A stretch of DNA of 64,000 nt from Minisyncoccota bacterium (GTDB lineage: Bacteria; Patescibacteriota; Minisyncoccia; Minisyncoccales; JAGOPM01), in contig JBAZJI010000001.1 in NCBI GenBank assembly GCA_041651395.1, positions 25,169 through 89,168 on the forward strand, in the 5' to 3' direction. Below, piece after piece: positions 17,160-27,300 of the stretch (the stretch's first letter is position 1; each line of letters starts with the position of its first letter). Made by a program: the position numbers and the translations under genes. The notes beneath the pieces were generated by a model, which was not told where the DNA came from, ran no database searches, and saw nothing but the letters and a program-made list of their open reading frames with translations.

Positions 17160-18863
17160 ATGGCAACAAAAAAACAAAAAATGAATAAAAACAATACAAA
17201 GGCCAAAGAGTATAATGTTTTGGTCGGCGGCGCGGCCGGAGAAGGGTCGCGCATGGCCGGATTAATAATCGCCAGAATTTTCGATTCTTTGGGCTGGCAG
17301 ACTTCCATAGTTGAAGATTATCAATCTTTAATCATGGGTGGGCACAATTTTTCTAAAATTAGGGCGACTAAAAAATATAACAGTGCCCCGCGCGAGAAGG
17401 TCGATTTTCTTATTGCTCTTAATAAGGAAACGTTAGATAAACATTTGGATAAATTAGATGATGATGGCATAGCAATGTTTAATTCCGATGTTTCGCAGTT
17501 CGAATATGGCTTTGGTCTTTCCGCCAAAGAAATTTTGGAAAAATTCAAAGCCAAGCCGATTATGAAAAATACTGCTTTTTTGGGTGCCTTTGGAAAAGTA
17601 ATTGGCGTGGAATGGGAACATTTGGAAAAAGTTTTCCGCGAGGAATTCAAAAAAGAAACCGAATTAAATTTGCAGATTGCCAAGTTTGGTTATGATAGCG
17701 CTCAAGCGCTGGAAAAAATCGAAAAATTTCCCTGCGATGACGCGGAAATGTTTACAGGTAATGAGGCTATTGCTTTGGCCGCCTGCAAGTCGGGTTTAGA
17801 TTTTTATGCGGCTTATCCCATGACTCCAGCCACTAGTGTTTTGCATTGGTTGGCTAATCATAAAGACGAATATAAGCTTAAGGTCATGCAGGCAGAAAAT
17901 GAAATTGCGGTTATGTTGGCGGCTTTAGGCGCTTCTTACGCGGGTAAACGAAGTATGGTGGCCACTTCAGGAGGAGGTTTTGCTTTAATGGTTGAGGGCT
18001 TGAGTTTTGCGCATATGGGGGAATTGCCTGTTGTGATTGTGAATAGCCAGCGGCCGGGCCCGGCTACCGGAATCCCGACTTATTCAGCTCAAGCAGATTT
18101 AAGTTTTGCGCTTTCCGCCGGTCATGGCGATGCACCCAGAATCGTTTTGATCCCCGGGGATGCTAAAGAGTGTGCTGAGCTTACCGAGCTTTCGCTTAAC
18201 AGCGCTTGGAAATATCAAATGCCTGTAATTTTGTTGGTAGATAAAGATTTAAGTGAAGGCACGTATGCGATTAGCCCCAGTGTTTTCGCTAAAATGAAGA
18301 AAGGGCCGGCCTTGCTCTGGGACGGGCAGGGGCAGTATGGTCGTTACAAACTTACAAAAGACGGCATTTCACCCATGGCTTTTCCGGGTAACCCCCAAGC
18401 CACCGTGAAAGCTTCTAGCTATGAGCATGACGAAAATGGCATAACTATTGAGGAGGAAGTGGATATGATTAAGGCCATGCAAGAGAAAAGGCTTAAAAAA
18501 TGGGCCTTGGTAGAAAAAGAATTTTCTAAATTGCCTTTGGTAAAAGTTTATGGCAATAAAAATGCTAAAACAGCTTTACTCGCTTGGGGCGCGCCCACAG
18601 GAGCGGTAATCGAAGCGGCTCAGGCTTTTAACTATAAAGTAGTGCAACCTCTGGTGGCCAGCCCATTTCCTAAAGCACAAATGGAGAAGGCGCTTAAGGG
18701 CGTGAAAAAAATAATTTCTATCGAAGCCAACGCTACCGGCCAATGGGCCCAAGTAATGAAATGCCATGGCTGGCAAGTCGCGGATTGCCTCTTAAAATAC
18801 GACGGGCGGCCGTTTACAGTTGAGGAGCTGCAAAAACTTTTGGCGAAAAAAATTAAGAAGTGA
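17160..18863 (+). CDS. 2-oxoacid:ferredoxin oxidoreductase, fused gamma-alpha subunit
   Basis: N-terminal gamma-type domain (VLVGGAAGEGS) followed by an alpha domain (AAYPMTPATSV). 567 aa. Confidence 0.85.
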   Translation: MATKKQKMNKNNTKAKEYNVLVGGAAGEGSRMAGLIIARIFDSLGWQTSIVEDYQSLIMGGHNFSKIRATKKYNSAPREKVDFLIALNKETLDKHLDKLDDDGIAMFNSDVSQFEYGFGLSAKEILEKFKAKPIMKNTAFLGAFGKVIGVEWEHLEKVFREEFKKETELNLQIAKFGYDSAQALEKIEKFPCDDAEMFTGNEAIALAACKSGLDFYAAYPMTPATSVLHWLANHKDEYKLKVMQAENEIAVMLAALGASYAGKRSMVATSGGGFALMVEGLSFAHMGELPVVIVNSQRPGPATGIPTYSAQADLSFALSAGHGDAPRIVLIPGDAKECAELTELSLNSAWKYQMPVILLVDKDLSEGTYAISPSVFAKMKKGPALLWDGQGQYGRYKLTKDGISPMAFPGNPQATVKASSYEHDENGITIEEEVDMIKAMQEKRLKKWALVEKEFSKLPLVKVYGNKNAKTALLAWGAPTGAVIEAAQAFNYKVVQPLVASPFPKAQMEKALKGVKKIISIEANATGQWAQVMKCHGWQVADCLLKYDGRPFTVEELQKLLAKKIKK

Positions 18864-19645
18864 TTAACATGGAAAAAACATTAAACACAACGGCAAAAAT
18901 TACTTGGTGTCCGGGTTGCGGAAATTTTGGCATTTTGGAGGCAGTAAAGAAGGCTATTTTGAAACTGGAACAAGAAGGATATAAGAGAGAGAATTTTGCA
19001 ATTTTTACCGGAATTGGCTGCCATGCTAAAATTGTTGACTATATTAACACTAATACTTTTTATAGTTTGCATGGCCGCTCTATTCCGCCTGCCATTGGCG
19101 CTAAGTTAGCTAATCCCGATCTCAATATTATCGTTTTATCTGGCGACGGATGTTCTTATAATGAGGGCTTAGAGCATTTGATTTATGCGGCTAAGCGCAA
19201 TGTTAATATTACGACCGTGGTTCACGATAACCGCGTTTTCGCCTTGACGACCGGGCAATATTCCGGGGTGAGCCCTAAAGGCTTTAAGGGCAAAAGCACG
19301 CCGCAGGGTGCCACGGAGGACCCTTTTAACCCCTTAGATTTATTGTTAGCTTCGGGCGCGACCTTTATTGCACGGGGCTATTGCGCCAAGATAGATCATT
19401 TGGCAGACTTAATTGTTAAAGCCGTAAAACATAAGGGCTTTTCTTTTGTCGAAGCGTTACAATCCTGTGTGGCCTGGTTGAATACTTATCAGGATTATAA
19501 TAATCGGGTTTATGAGGGCGACAATTTGACCTTACAGGATAAATCTGCAGCTATGCAAAAAATCAATGAGTGGGATTATAAAAATGAGGCCAAAATTCCT
19601 TTGGGTGTTTTTTACGACATAGAAAAGGAGATATATAACGGATGA
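18860..19645 (+). CDS. 2-oxoacid:ferredoxin oxidoreductase, beta (TPP-binding) subunit
   Basis: WCPGCGNFG and TPP motif LSGDGCSYNEG. GTG start overlaps the alpha stop; ATG at 18869 is an alternative. Confidence 0.85.
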   Translation: MINMEKTLNTTAKITWCPGCGNFGILEAVKKAILKLEQEGYKRENFAIFTGIGCHAKIVDYINTNTFYSLHGRSIPPAIGAKLANPDLNIIVLSGDGCSYNEGLEHLIYAAKRNVNITTVVHDNRVFALTTGQYSGVSPKGFKGKSTPQGATEDPFNPLDLLLASGATFIARGYCAKIDHLADLIVKAVKHKGFSFVEALQSCVAWLNTYQDYNNRVYEGDNLTLQDKSAAMQKINEWDYKNEAKIPLGVFYDIEKEIYNG

Positions 19646-19652
19646 AAATTCC

Positions 19653-20627
19653 ATGGAAGCGGAAAATAAAAAAATCAAAGTAGTTTGTTTGGGAGGGGGC
19701 AATGCCATGCCTAAAGCTATTTTATCCGACCTTAAGCATCACCCGGTAAAAATTTCGGTTATTTGCGCTATGCTTGATTCGGGTGGTAGCGCTGGCCGTT
19801 TGCGCAAGGATTATAAGATTGTCAGCCCGGGAGATATTAGGCGGGCCTTTGTTGCTTTAGCTAATACTTCGCCGGTTTTTAATGAGCTTTTTGATTACCG
19901 TTTTGAGGCCGGGGAATTAAAGGGGCATAATTTTGCCAATTTATTCATTACGGCCTTGGAGCTTTCAAGCAAAAATTATAAAAAAACTTTAGGCGAGCTC
20001 AACCGCGTATTAAATATCAACCCCGACCATAAGGTTTTGCCGGCCACTCTAGATAAGGCCACTCTTTGCGCCAAGCTCGAAAATGGCAAGGTGATTTGCG
20101 GGGAGACTAATATTGATATTCCCAAGCATAACGGAAATTTGAAAATCGAAAAAGTTTTTCTCAAGCCCAAGGCTAAGGCCTATAAAGAAGCTTTAACCGA
20201 GATAAAGACGGCTGATATTATCACAATCGGTCCGGGGGATTTATACTCTTCTTTAGCCCAAATTTTATTGGTTGACGGTATTGCTCCGGCCATCAGGAAA
20301 AGCCGCGCTAAAAAAGTTTATATTTGTAATTTGATGACCAAGTTCGGGGAGACGAATACTTACGGCGTTTCAGATTTTTCCAAACAAATCGAAGATCTGT
20401 TAGGGGGCGACGTCGATTATGTGATTTATAATAAGGAAAAAATCAGCCCCGCCAGAATTAAAAAGGCCAAGAAAGACGGCGAATTGGCCCCGGCCGATTA
20501 TTGGGACAAAAACGGTAAGGAGCTAAACGGCGATAAATTTATCGGTGTTGATATTGTCAGCGATAAAGGCGAGATTGTTCATGATGCCAAAAAATTGGTT
20601 AATATTATTTTATCTTTAAGCAAATAA
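19653..20627 (+). CDS. YvcK/CofD-family (UPF0052, gluconeogenesis factor-like) protein
   Basis: VVCLGGGNAMP N-terminus and GPGDLYSSL motif. Confidence 0.8.
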   Translation: MEAENKKIKVVCLGGGNAMPKAILSDLKHHPVKISVICAMLDSGGSAGRLRKDYKIVSPGDIRRAFVALANTSPVFNELFDYRFEAGELKGHNFANLFITALELSSKNYKKTLGELNRVLNINPDHKVLPATLDKATLCAKLENGKVICGETNIDIPKHNGNLKIEKVFLKPKAKAYKEALTEIKTADIITIGPGDLYSSLAQILLVDGIAPAIRKSRAKKVYICNLMTKFGETNTYGVSDFSKQIEDLLGGDVDYVIYNKEKISPARIKKAKKDGELAPADYWDKNGKELNGDKFIGVDIVSDKGEIVHDAKKLVNIILSLSK

Positions 20628-20631
20628 AAAT

Positions 20632-21912
20632 ATGGCAACAAAATCTAACAATCCAATTTCCCAAGCGGTAATTTTGGCGGCCGGCCAATCCAGCCGTTTT
20701 TGGCCGCTAAACGAGGTGCACAAATCTTTAGTGCGGATAATGGGTAAGCCAATTATATGGTATACAATTGACAGTCTGGCCAAGTCCGGAGTCAAGGAGG
20801 TAATAATTGTGCAGGGTGCCAACAAAGCAGTAGAAAAAGAACTGGCGGGATTGCAATTCCCCAAGGTAAAAGTAAGATTTATCATTCAAGAACAGCCTAA
20901 TGGCAGCGGTGATGCTATCTTGAAAGCGGCGTCCTTGCTTAAGGGTAGATTTGCCGTGTTAAATGCCGAGCGGGCTGATTTTGCCGGTAATCTTAAGGCT
21001 TTGGCTGCTGTCAAAGCGGAAGTGGTTTTGGCCTGCTGCGAAACTAACCGCCCCTGGCTTTATGGAATTATTAAGGCTGAGAAGAACCGGGTTCTGGAAA
21101 TAGTAGAAAAACCGGAAAAGGGCAAAGAGCCGGGAAATTTGAAGGTAGTCGGAATTTATATATTCGATCAGGATTTTTTGCAAAGGCTGGCTAAAGAGGA
21201 AAATCATCCTTATTCTTTAATTTTTGCAATAAACCAATTAGCTCAAGAGGGGAAGGTGGCTAGTTGTAAAATCAGCAAACAAGAGGCTTTTACCCTAAAA
21301 TATCCTTGGGACTTGTTCGGAGTTCGGGATTTCATATTTGCTAAATATTTGAGCTCCAAAAAAGAAAAGGGTGCCATGATTTCCAAATCGGCGCAAATTT
21401 CCGGAAAAGTTTTTATCGCCAAGGGGGCTATTATTGGTGAGAATACGGTTATTCACGGACCTTGCTATATCGGAGAGGGTTGCGAAATAAGTCCTAATAA
21501 TTTAATAAGAGGCCCGGTGAATTTTGAGGCGCTCTGCCGAACCGGAGCTTTTATGGAAATTAAGGATTGTATTGTTGGGCCCAATAGTCATTTTCATAGC
21601 GGTTATTGTGGTAATTCTATTATTGGCCCGGATTGCCGCCTGGGTGCCGGGTTTGTCTCGGCCAATCGGCGGATTGATAGGGCCAATATCAACGCGGTTG
21701 TCAAAGGGGAAAAAATAGACACGAAGAGTACTTATTTTGGTTTTGCTTGCGGGCCACGCACGCGCTTTGGCATTAAAGCCTCAACAATGCCCGGAGTGCT
21801 TATTGGCAGCGATTGTGTAATCGGGAGCAATACGGTTGTTAGGGAAAATATGGAAGGCAAAAAAATTCTTTATACGGTTTTTGAACAACAAAAACAGGAT
21901 AAAGTGGGATGA
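20632..21912 (+). CDS. Sugar-phosphate nucleotidyltransferase with C-terminal left-handed beta-helix (GlmU-like)
   Basis: AVILAAGQSSRFWPL nucleotidyltransferase motif. C-terminal hexapeptide-repeat region (IGENTVIHGPCYIGEGCEI...). Confidence 0.75.
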   Translation: MATKSNNPISQAVILAAGQSSRFWPLNEVHKSLVRIMGKPIIWYTIDSLAKSGVKEVIIVQGANKAVEKELAGLQFPKVKVRFIIQEQPNGSGDAILKAASLLKGRFAVLNAERADFAGNLKALAAVKAEVVLACCETNRPWLYGIIKAEKNRVLEIVEKPEKGKEPGNLKVVGIYIFDQDFLQRLAKEENHPYSLIFAINQLAQEGKVASCKISKQEAFTLKYPWDLFGVRDFIFAKYLSSKKEKGAMISKSAQISGKVFIAKGAIIGENTVIHGPCYIGEGCEISPNNLIRGPVNFEALCRTGAFMEIKDCIVGPNSHFHSGYCGNSIIGPDCRLGAGFVSANRRIDRANINAVVKGEKIDTKSTYFGFACGPRTRFGIKASTMPGVLIGSDCVIGSNTVVRENMEGKKILYTVFEQQKQDKVG

Positions 21913-22847
21913 ATAAAAAAATGCCCAAAGCCTTAGTGCTTTTTTCTGGCGGCCTAGATTCGATGCTGGCTGCCAAATATTTAACAAGGCAAGGTTTCGA
22001 TGTAACCTGCCTTGTTTTTAAGAGTGTATTTTTTAGTGATGAGAATGCGCAAAAATCCGCTTTACGAATTGGCGCTAAACTATTGGTAGCGGATTTTTCT
22101 TTTGAACATTTAGCGATCGTCAAAAAACCGCAATATGGTTATGGGTCTAGTGTGAATCCTTGTATTGATTGTCATTTATTGATGATCAAAAAAGCCAAGG
22201 AAGTTTTAGAAAAAGAAGGGTTTGATTTTGTAGCTACCGGAGAGGTTTTGGGGCAGAGGCCCATGTCTCAAAATAAGCAGAGTTTGGAATTGATTAGAAT
22301 TAAATCCGGTTTAGGGGATAAATTATTTCGCCCCCTATCAGCCAAATTGCTCGACGAAACTATTGTCCAAAAGAACGGTTGGCTAAAAGACAGCGAATTG
22401 CTTGATATCAGCGGCCGCAGCCGCCAAAAGCAGATGGCGCTGGCCAAGGAATGGGGGATAAAAGAATATCCGACTCCCTCGGGTGGATGTATTTTAACTG
22501 AAAAAGAATTCGGTCAGAGATTGAAGGCTTTGGCTATTACTAAAGCCGATTATTCGGAAAATGATGCAGCCCTGATGCCTTTTGGTTTGCATCATTGGAT
22601 TGGGGGTAACTTGATAATTGTAACTCGCGATAAACTCGATGAATCAGGATTATTGAAATTTGTTGCTAAGGGGGATATTTGTATTAAAATGGAAAATATT
22701 CCCGGACCCTTGGCCTTGATAAGGAAATTTAACAGTGAGCCGAATGAAAATTTAATTGATTTGGCCAAAGAATTTATTTTGCAGCGTAGCCCGAAGGCTA
22801 AGAGCGCCAAAGAAATAAATTTTTCGGAAAAGAAATATGATTTTTGA
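21909..22847 (+). CDS. PP-loop ATP pyrophosphatase (ThiI/MnmA-like tRNA thiolation family)
   Basis: LVLFSGGLDS PP-loop, NPCIDCH Cys motif, ATGEVLGQRPMSQ. Confidence 0.65.
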   Translation: MNKKMPKALVLFSGGLDSMLAAKYLTRQGFDVTCLVFKSVFFSDENAQKSALRIGAKLLVADFSFEHLAIVKKPQYGYGSSVNPCIDCHLLMIKKAKEVLEKEGFDFVATGEVLGQRPMSQNKQSLELIRIKSGLGDKLFRPLSAKLLDETIVQKNGWLKDSELLDISGRSRQKQMALAKEWGIKEYPTPSGGCILTEKEFGQRLKALAITKADYSENDAALMPFGLHHWIGGNLIIVTRDKLDESGLLKFVAKGDICIKMENIPGPLALIRKFNSEPNENLIDLAKEFILQRSPKAKSAKEINFSEKKYDF

Positions 22848-23361
22848 CACTCAAATTGCTCAGTATTTTTCCCAAATTGTTGGTCAAAATCGAACCCTTG
22901 ATGTAGTCATGGTCTTTTTGGCGGAAATTTTGCCTTGGCTTTTGGTCGCCTTGGCTTTATGGTTTGTTTACAACAAATATCGCCGCCAGATTTTAGATTT
23001 TATTTATGTTGCGCTTTCTCTGGTTGTGGCGCGCTTTGGGGTGAATGAAATAATTTATTTTTTCTTCCAAAGGCCCCGGCCCATGGATTTGGGATATCCG
23101 GCTTTATTGGCTCAACAGCCTAACCCTTCATTTCCCTCCGGTCACGCTAGCTTCCTTTTAGCTATCTCTTGGGCGGTTTTTCTGTGCTGCGGCAAAAAGC
23201 CGGGGATTTCATTAATTTTTCTTAGTAGTTTATCGCTGGTGGCTCGGATGTATTGTGGGGCTCATTTTTTAAGTGACATTTTGGCCGGGGCGGCTATCGG
23301 GATATCCTGTGCTTACGTTTTGTGGAAATTATATTTTAGCAAAAGATGCGCCGTGTTTTAA
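22837..23361 (+). CDS. PAP2-family phosphatase (undecaprenyl-diphosphatase BcrC-like)
   Basis: Polytopic membrane protein with PSGHASF and ARMYCGAHFLSD (PSGH / SRxxxxxHxxxD) motifs. Confidence 0.75.
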   Translation: MIFDTQIAQYFSQIVGQNRTLDVVMVFLAEILPWLLVALALWFVYNKYRRQILDFIYVALSLVVARFGVNEIIYFFFQRPRPMDLGYPALLAQQPNPSFPSGHASFLLAISWAVFLCCGKKPGISLIFLSSLSLVARMYCGAHFLSDILAGAAIGISCAYVLWKLYFSKRCAVF

Positions 23362-24314
23362 GTTTTTTTTGTTTGCTGTTTTTAATCCCCTCTATTTGTT
23401 TGGGTGCGGAGTTTTCGGTCGGGAAGGGGCAAAATATTCTTCAAGTCAGCAAAAATCTCCAAACAGCCGGTTTGCTCGAGAATCGATTTTTGTTTATTTG
23501 GGAGGCATTCTTCAGTGGGCAATGGCGCAAAATAAAAGTTGGGCAATATGAAATTCGTAATGATTCTAGTCCGAAAGAGATTTTGGCCATTCTAGTAGCT
23601 GGTCGAGTGGCGCCTAAAAAGGTAACAATAATTTCTGGTTGGACCATTAAGGATATCGCCAAAGCCCTCAGCCGACAGGGAATTTGCAGCAGTGGAGAAT
23701 TTTTGGAATATACTTTGGCGACAAGCTCTGTTGAGGCGCTGATTGCTGATTTTGAATTTTTGCGCGAGTTGCCCCAAGGGGCTGGCCTGGAGGGGTATCT
23801 ATATCCTGATACTTATAATTTTGAGGCTAAGAGCCGGCCGGAAAAAGTTGTTCGACAGATGTTAGAAAACTTTCAAAAGAAAATTATTTTAGCGAAAAAT
23901 TTTTCTCTCCCAAAGAGCAGAAACGCTTTTTCCATTCTAACAATGGCTTCTTTATTGGAAAAAGAAGTGAGAAGTTTTGAAGATAAAAAAATAGTGGCGG
24001 GCATCCTTTGGAAGCGCCTAGATGCCGGCTATCCTTTGGAGGTTGATTCGAGCTTGGAATATTTCCGAGTGGGGAAGGGTTCTCTAAGTAAGAATCCACA
24101 GCTCAAAACAGAGGATTCCGGTTATAATACTTATAAGTATTCGGGTTTACCCTTGGGGCCAATATGCAATCCTGCCAAAGAGTCGTTTGAAGCCGCTTTT
24201 TCTCCGGCTCCTAGCCCTTATTGGTTTTATTTATCTGCCCCAGACGGCAAAACAATATTTTCAAAAAATTTGCGAGAGCATTTAATAAATAAAGAAAAAT
24301 ACTTAGTCAATTAA
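23346..24314 (+). CDS. mltG: Endolytic murein transglycosylase MltG (YceG family)
   Basis: Signal or anchor segment, then YLYPDTYNF, ASLLEKE, YNTYKYSGLPLGPICNP. Confidence 0.9.
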   Translation: MRRVLSFFCLLFLIPSICLGAEFSVGKGQNILQVSKNLQTAGLLENRFLFIWEAFFSGQWRKIKVGQYEIRNDSSPKEILAILVAGRVAPKKVTIISGWTIKDIAKALSRQGICSSGEFLEYTLATSSVEALIADFEFLRELPQGAGLEGYLYPDTYNFEAKSRPEKVVRQMLENFQKKIILAKNFSLPKSRNAFSILTMASLLEKEVRSFEDKKIVAGILWKRLDAGYPLEVDSSLEYFRVGKGSLSKNPQLKTEDSGYNTYKYSGLPLGPICNPAKESFEAAFSPAPSPYWFYLSAPDGKTIFSKNLREHLINKEKYLVN

Positions 24315-24315
24315 T

Positions 24316-27300
24316 ATGGAAAACGATTTTGTTCCACCAACCCCCGACGATTTTTCTTCGAAAAACGACCTTGTTTGGCGAATGGCGGCTATTGTCGGTC
24401 TGATTATTTTGGGATTGGGATTTATTTTTTTTCCTCGTTGGGGACTATTTATATCTAAAAAAAGTCCTTTTGATAATTCGTTCAACCTTTTACGAATTGT
24501 CCCCGAAAAGGTTTCTGTTTCTGCCGCCATCAGGGTGAATTTGCCCAAAGGCATGTCTTTTTCGGAAGCCAAAAATAACATCTCTTTTGATCCTCCACTG
24601 GAAGGCAGCTGGGGCAAGGGGGAAATTTCCTTTGTTAATGAGGCGGCCAGTGTTGCGCTAGCCGCAGAAAGTTCCCAGGTGGCTATTTTTAAGCCCAGTA
24701 AAAAATTGGAATCAAATCGCCATTACGCGGTTAAAATTAAACTTTCCGGCGGGCAAGAAATGTCTTCCGATTTTTTAGCCGTTGATGACCCGCGAATACT
24801 TTCGATTATTCCCGTTAACGGTTCGGAAGCGCCCGAGGATTCTAGAATTACCATTGCCTTCAATAGGCCGATGGTCGCCCTGACTTCTTTAGATGTGGCG
24901 GAAAAAAGGGAAGTGCCGGTAGAGATAATCCCAGTCACTAAAGGAGAATGGAAGTGGTTAGGAACCAATACTTTACAATTCAGGCCCCAAGCCGGGCTCG
25001 TCGCTTCGGCTAATTATAAAGTAAGAGTTAAACCCGGCTTTGTTTCTGAAGAGGGTTTGGCCGTGGAAGGCGCTCAGAGTGTTTTTACTACCAGAAATCT
25101 CCGCTACGTCCAAGAATATAATTACAGCGACAACTCTTTGGTTTATAATGAGCCTTTTAGATTATATTTTAACCAGCCTATAGATTTGCAAAAAACGATT
25201 AGAGAAATAAAGCTAACCAGTCAGGACGGCGGTCAGAGTTTGGAATTTGTCGCCAAACACCCCAAAATAAAATCTGACGGAAATAAAGCTGAATTTAAGA
25301 GCGGCGACATATTTTCCGGAGCCATTACCCAGCTCGCCAGTATTTTCGATATATTTTCTTTTTCTACGCAGGGCGGTGAGGAGGATAAAAGCATTGTGGA
25401 GATATATTTGGCTAAAGACAAGTTTGGCCGGGAAAAAATTTGGGATTTTGAAAAAAATTATTCCCTCTCCATTAATAAAGTTTATCCCCTTGCCGGTGAT
25501 ATAAATATTAAAGATTCCAAATTTGTATCCTTTAAGACTACCAATGTTGTCCAGTCGATAAATTTTCAATCCCCCAGATCAAATTTAGTTACCGCTGATT
25601 TATTTGACCCGCAAGGCCAAGTCATACTCAATTTCTACGAGGAAATAGATTTAAGCAAAAGTAAAATTTCTGGGCCTAACATCCGCAAAATAGAATATGG
25701 CAAGCATTGCGACCCCAATCAGCCCCAGTTTTCCGATTGCCAAAAGGTAGATAATAAAAAACAGATTTTGTTAAGCTTTACCGCCGAAAAATTTTCACCC
25801 GGAGATAACGTAATGATTACCTTGGACAGTTTATATAATTTCTCCGGTTTGCGCCTTTCCGACGATTCGATTGGCTATGTCCTGAAAGTGCCCAGTGAAT
25901 TGAAGATTTATAAGGTTGCAGAGAGCAATTTGCAGAGCCTGAAGATTTGTTCCAACAACCCAATAGCCGAACCGAGCAAAGAGGAAAAGAAAAATTGGAT
26001 AAGCAGTAATTTGGATTACGAGCTGGGCTACTGGTCTCATTCTTATCGGGAAGAAAATAGTGGGGAAGTTTGCCAGCTCGGCAATTATGTGACGGTCGTT
26101 GGCGTTGGTTTGATGCCCGAACAAAGGTATATTCTAGATTTGCGCCTTAAGGATGAATTTGGGCAGACTGGGCAAGGAAATTTTGAGGTTAAAACCGGCG
26201 CCATGCCAAATAACCAAACTTCATTATATCTTATTCAAAGCGGTTATAAGGTTGTGGCCCAACCTGGTAGCGCCAAATTACTTTACGCGGCGCGTAATTT
26301 GGATTACGTAAATGTGAAAGTTTGCTCGACGGTTTTTGATTTTATTAAAGGCAGGTATTCGGATGTCTGCTTGGATCCGAGCAGTAAAAAAATCGATTTA
26401 CCAAAAAAATATTGGATAACAAAGTATTTTGAAGTGGACCTCGATGAATTTACCGGAGGGCAGCAGGGATTCTACAAGGTTATCGTGACCAATCCGGACT
26501 TTATCGAGAAAAAATATATTTGCGAGAAAGGCAATAATTCTTGCACGGAGAAATCGGTGGTTGGCTCAATTGAGACCGATATTAATTTGACCAATTTGGC
26601 AGTTGCCCAAAAAGTGATTAATCCGGTAACAGCCGGCAGCTCTTTGGATGGGCTTTCCGAATCGCAGCTTTCTGATTTAAGGGATATTTTTTGGGTGACA
26701 AAAATAGATTCCCAAGAGCCGGTTGGGCAAGCTAAGGTTGAGCTTTTTGTATCCGGCAGCAGCCGGGCAAGCAGTTTGACCGATAGCCAGGGAATCGCCC
26801 AAATAAAACCAGTGCCCGGCGCCTCTTACGCCCTGATAACTTCTGGCAATGATTCGACGGTTTTATCCTTGAATGGCGAGAGTTTTAATTATGTTTCCGA
26901 TCAGGCGGGTAAAGCAAGGAAATTTTATCTTTACACCGATAAGCCGATTTATAGACCGGGCCAGACAATTAATGCCAAAGGTATTTTGCGCGTTGGCTTT
27001 GATGGTAATTACGAAATACTTTCTGGGAAAAATTACGATGTCGTCATTTATAATTCAAAAGACGAGGCGGTTAAAACAGAAAGTGTGCGGCTGAATGATT
27101 TTGGCACTTTTAATTTGTCATTTTTAATTCCAGCCGATGCACCTTTGGGCGGCTGGCGCATTTGCCTGGCAGCTTCTTCCTATGACTGTTCTTACCTTGA
27201 TGTTAAGGAATATGTGGCTTCACCTTTCCAAGTCAAGGCAGAATCCGACAAAGAAGAATATGTTTCTAAAGATAAGGCGAGAATAAGTATTAATTCCGAT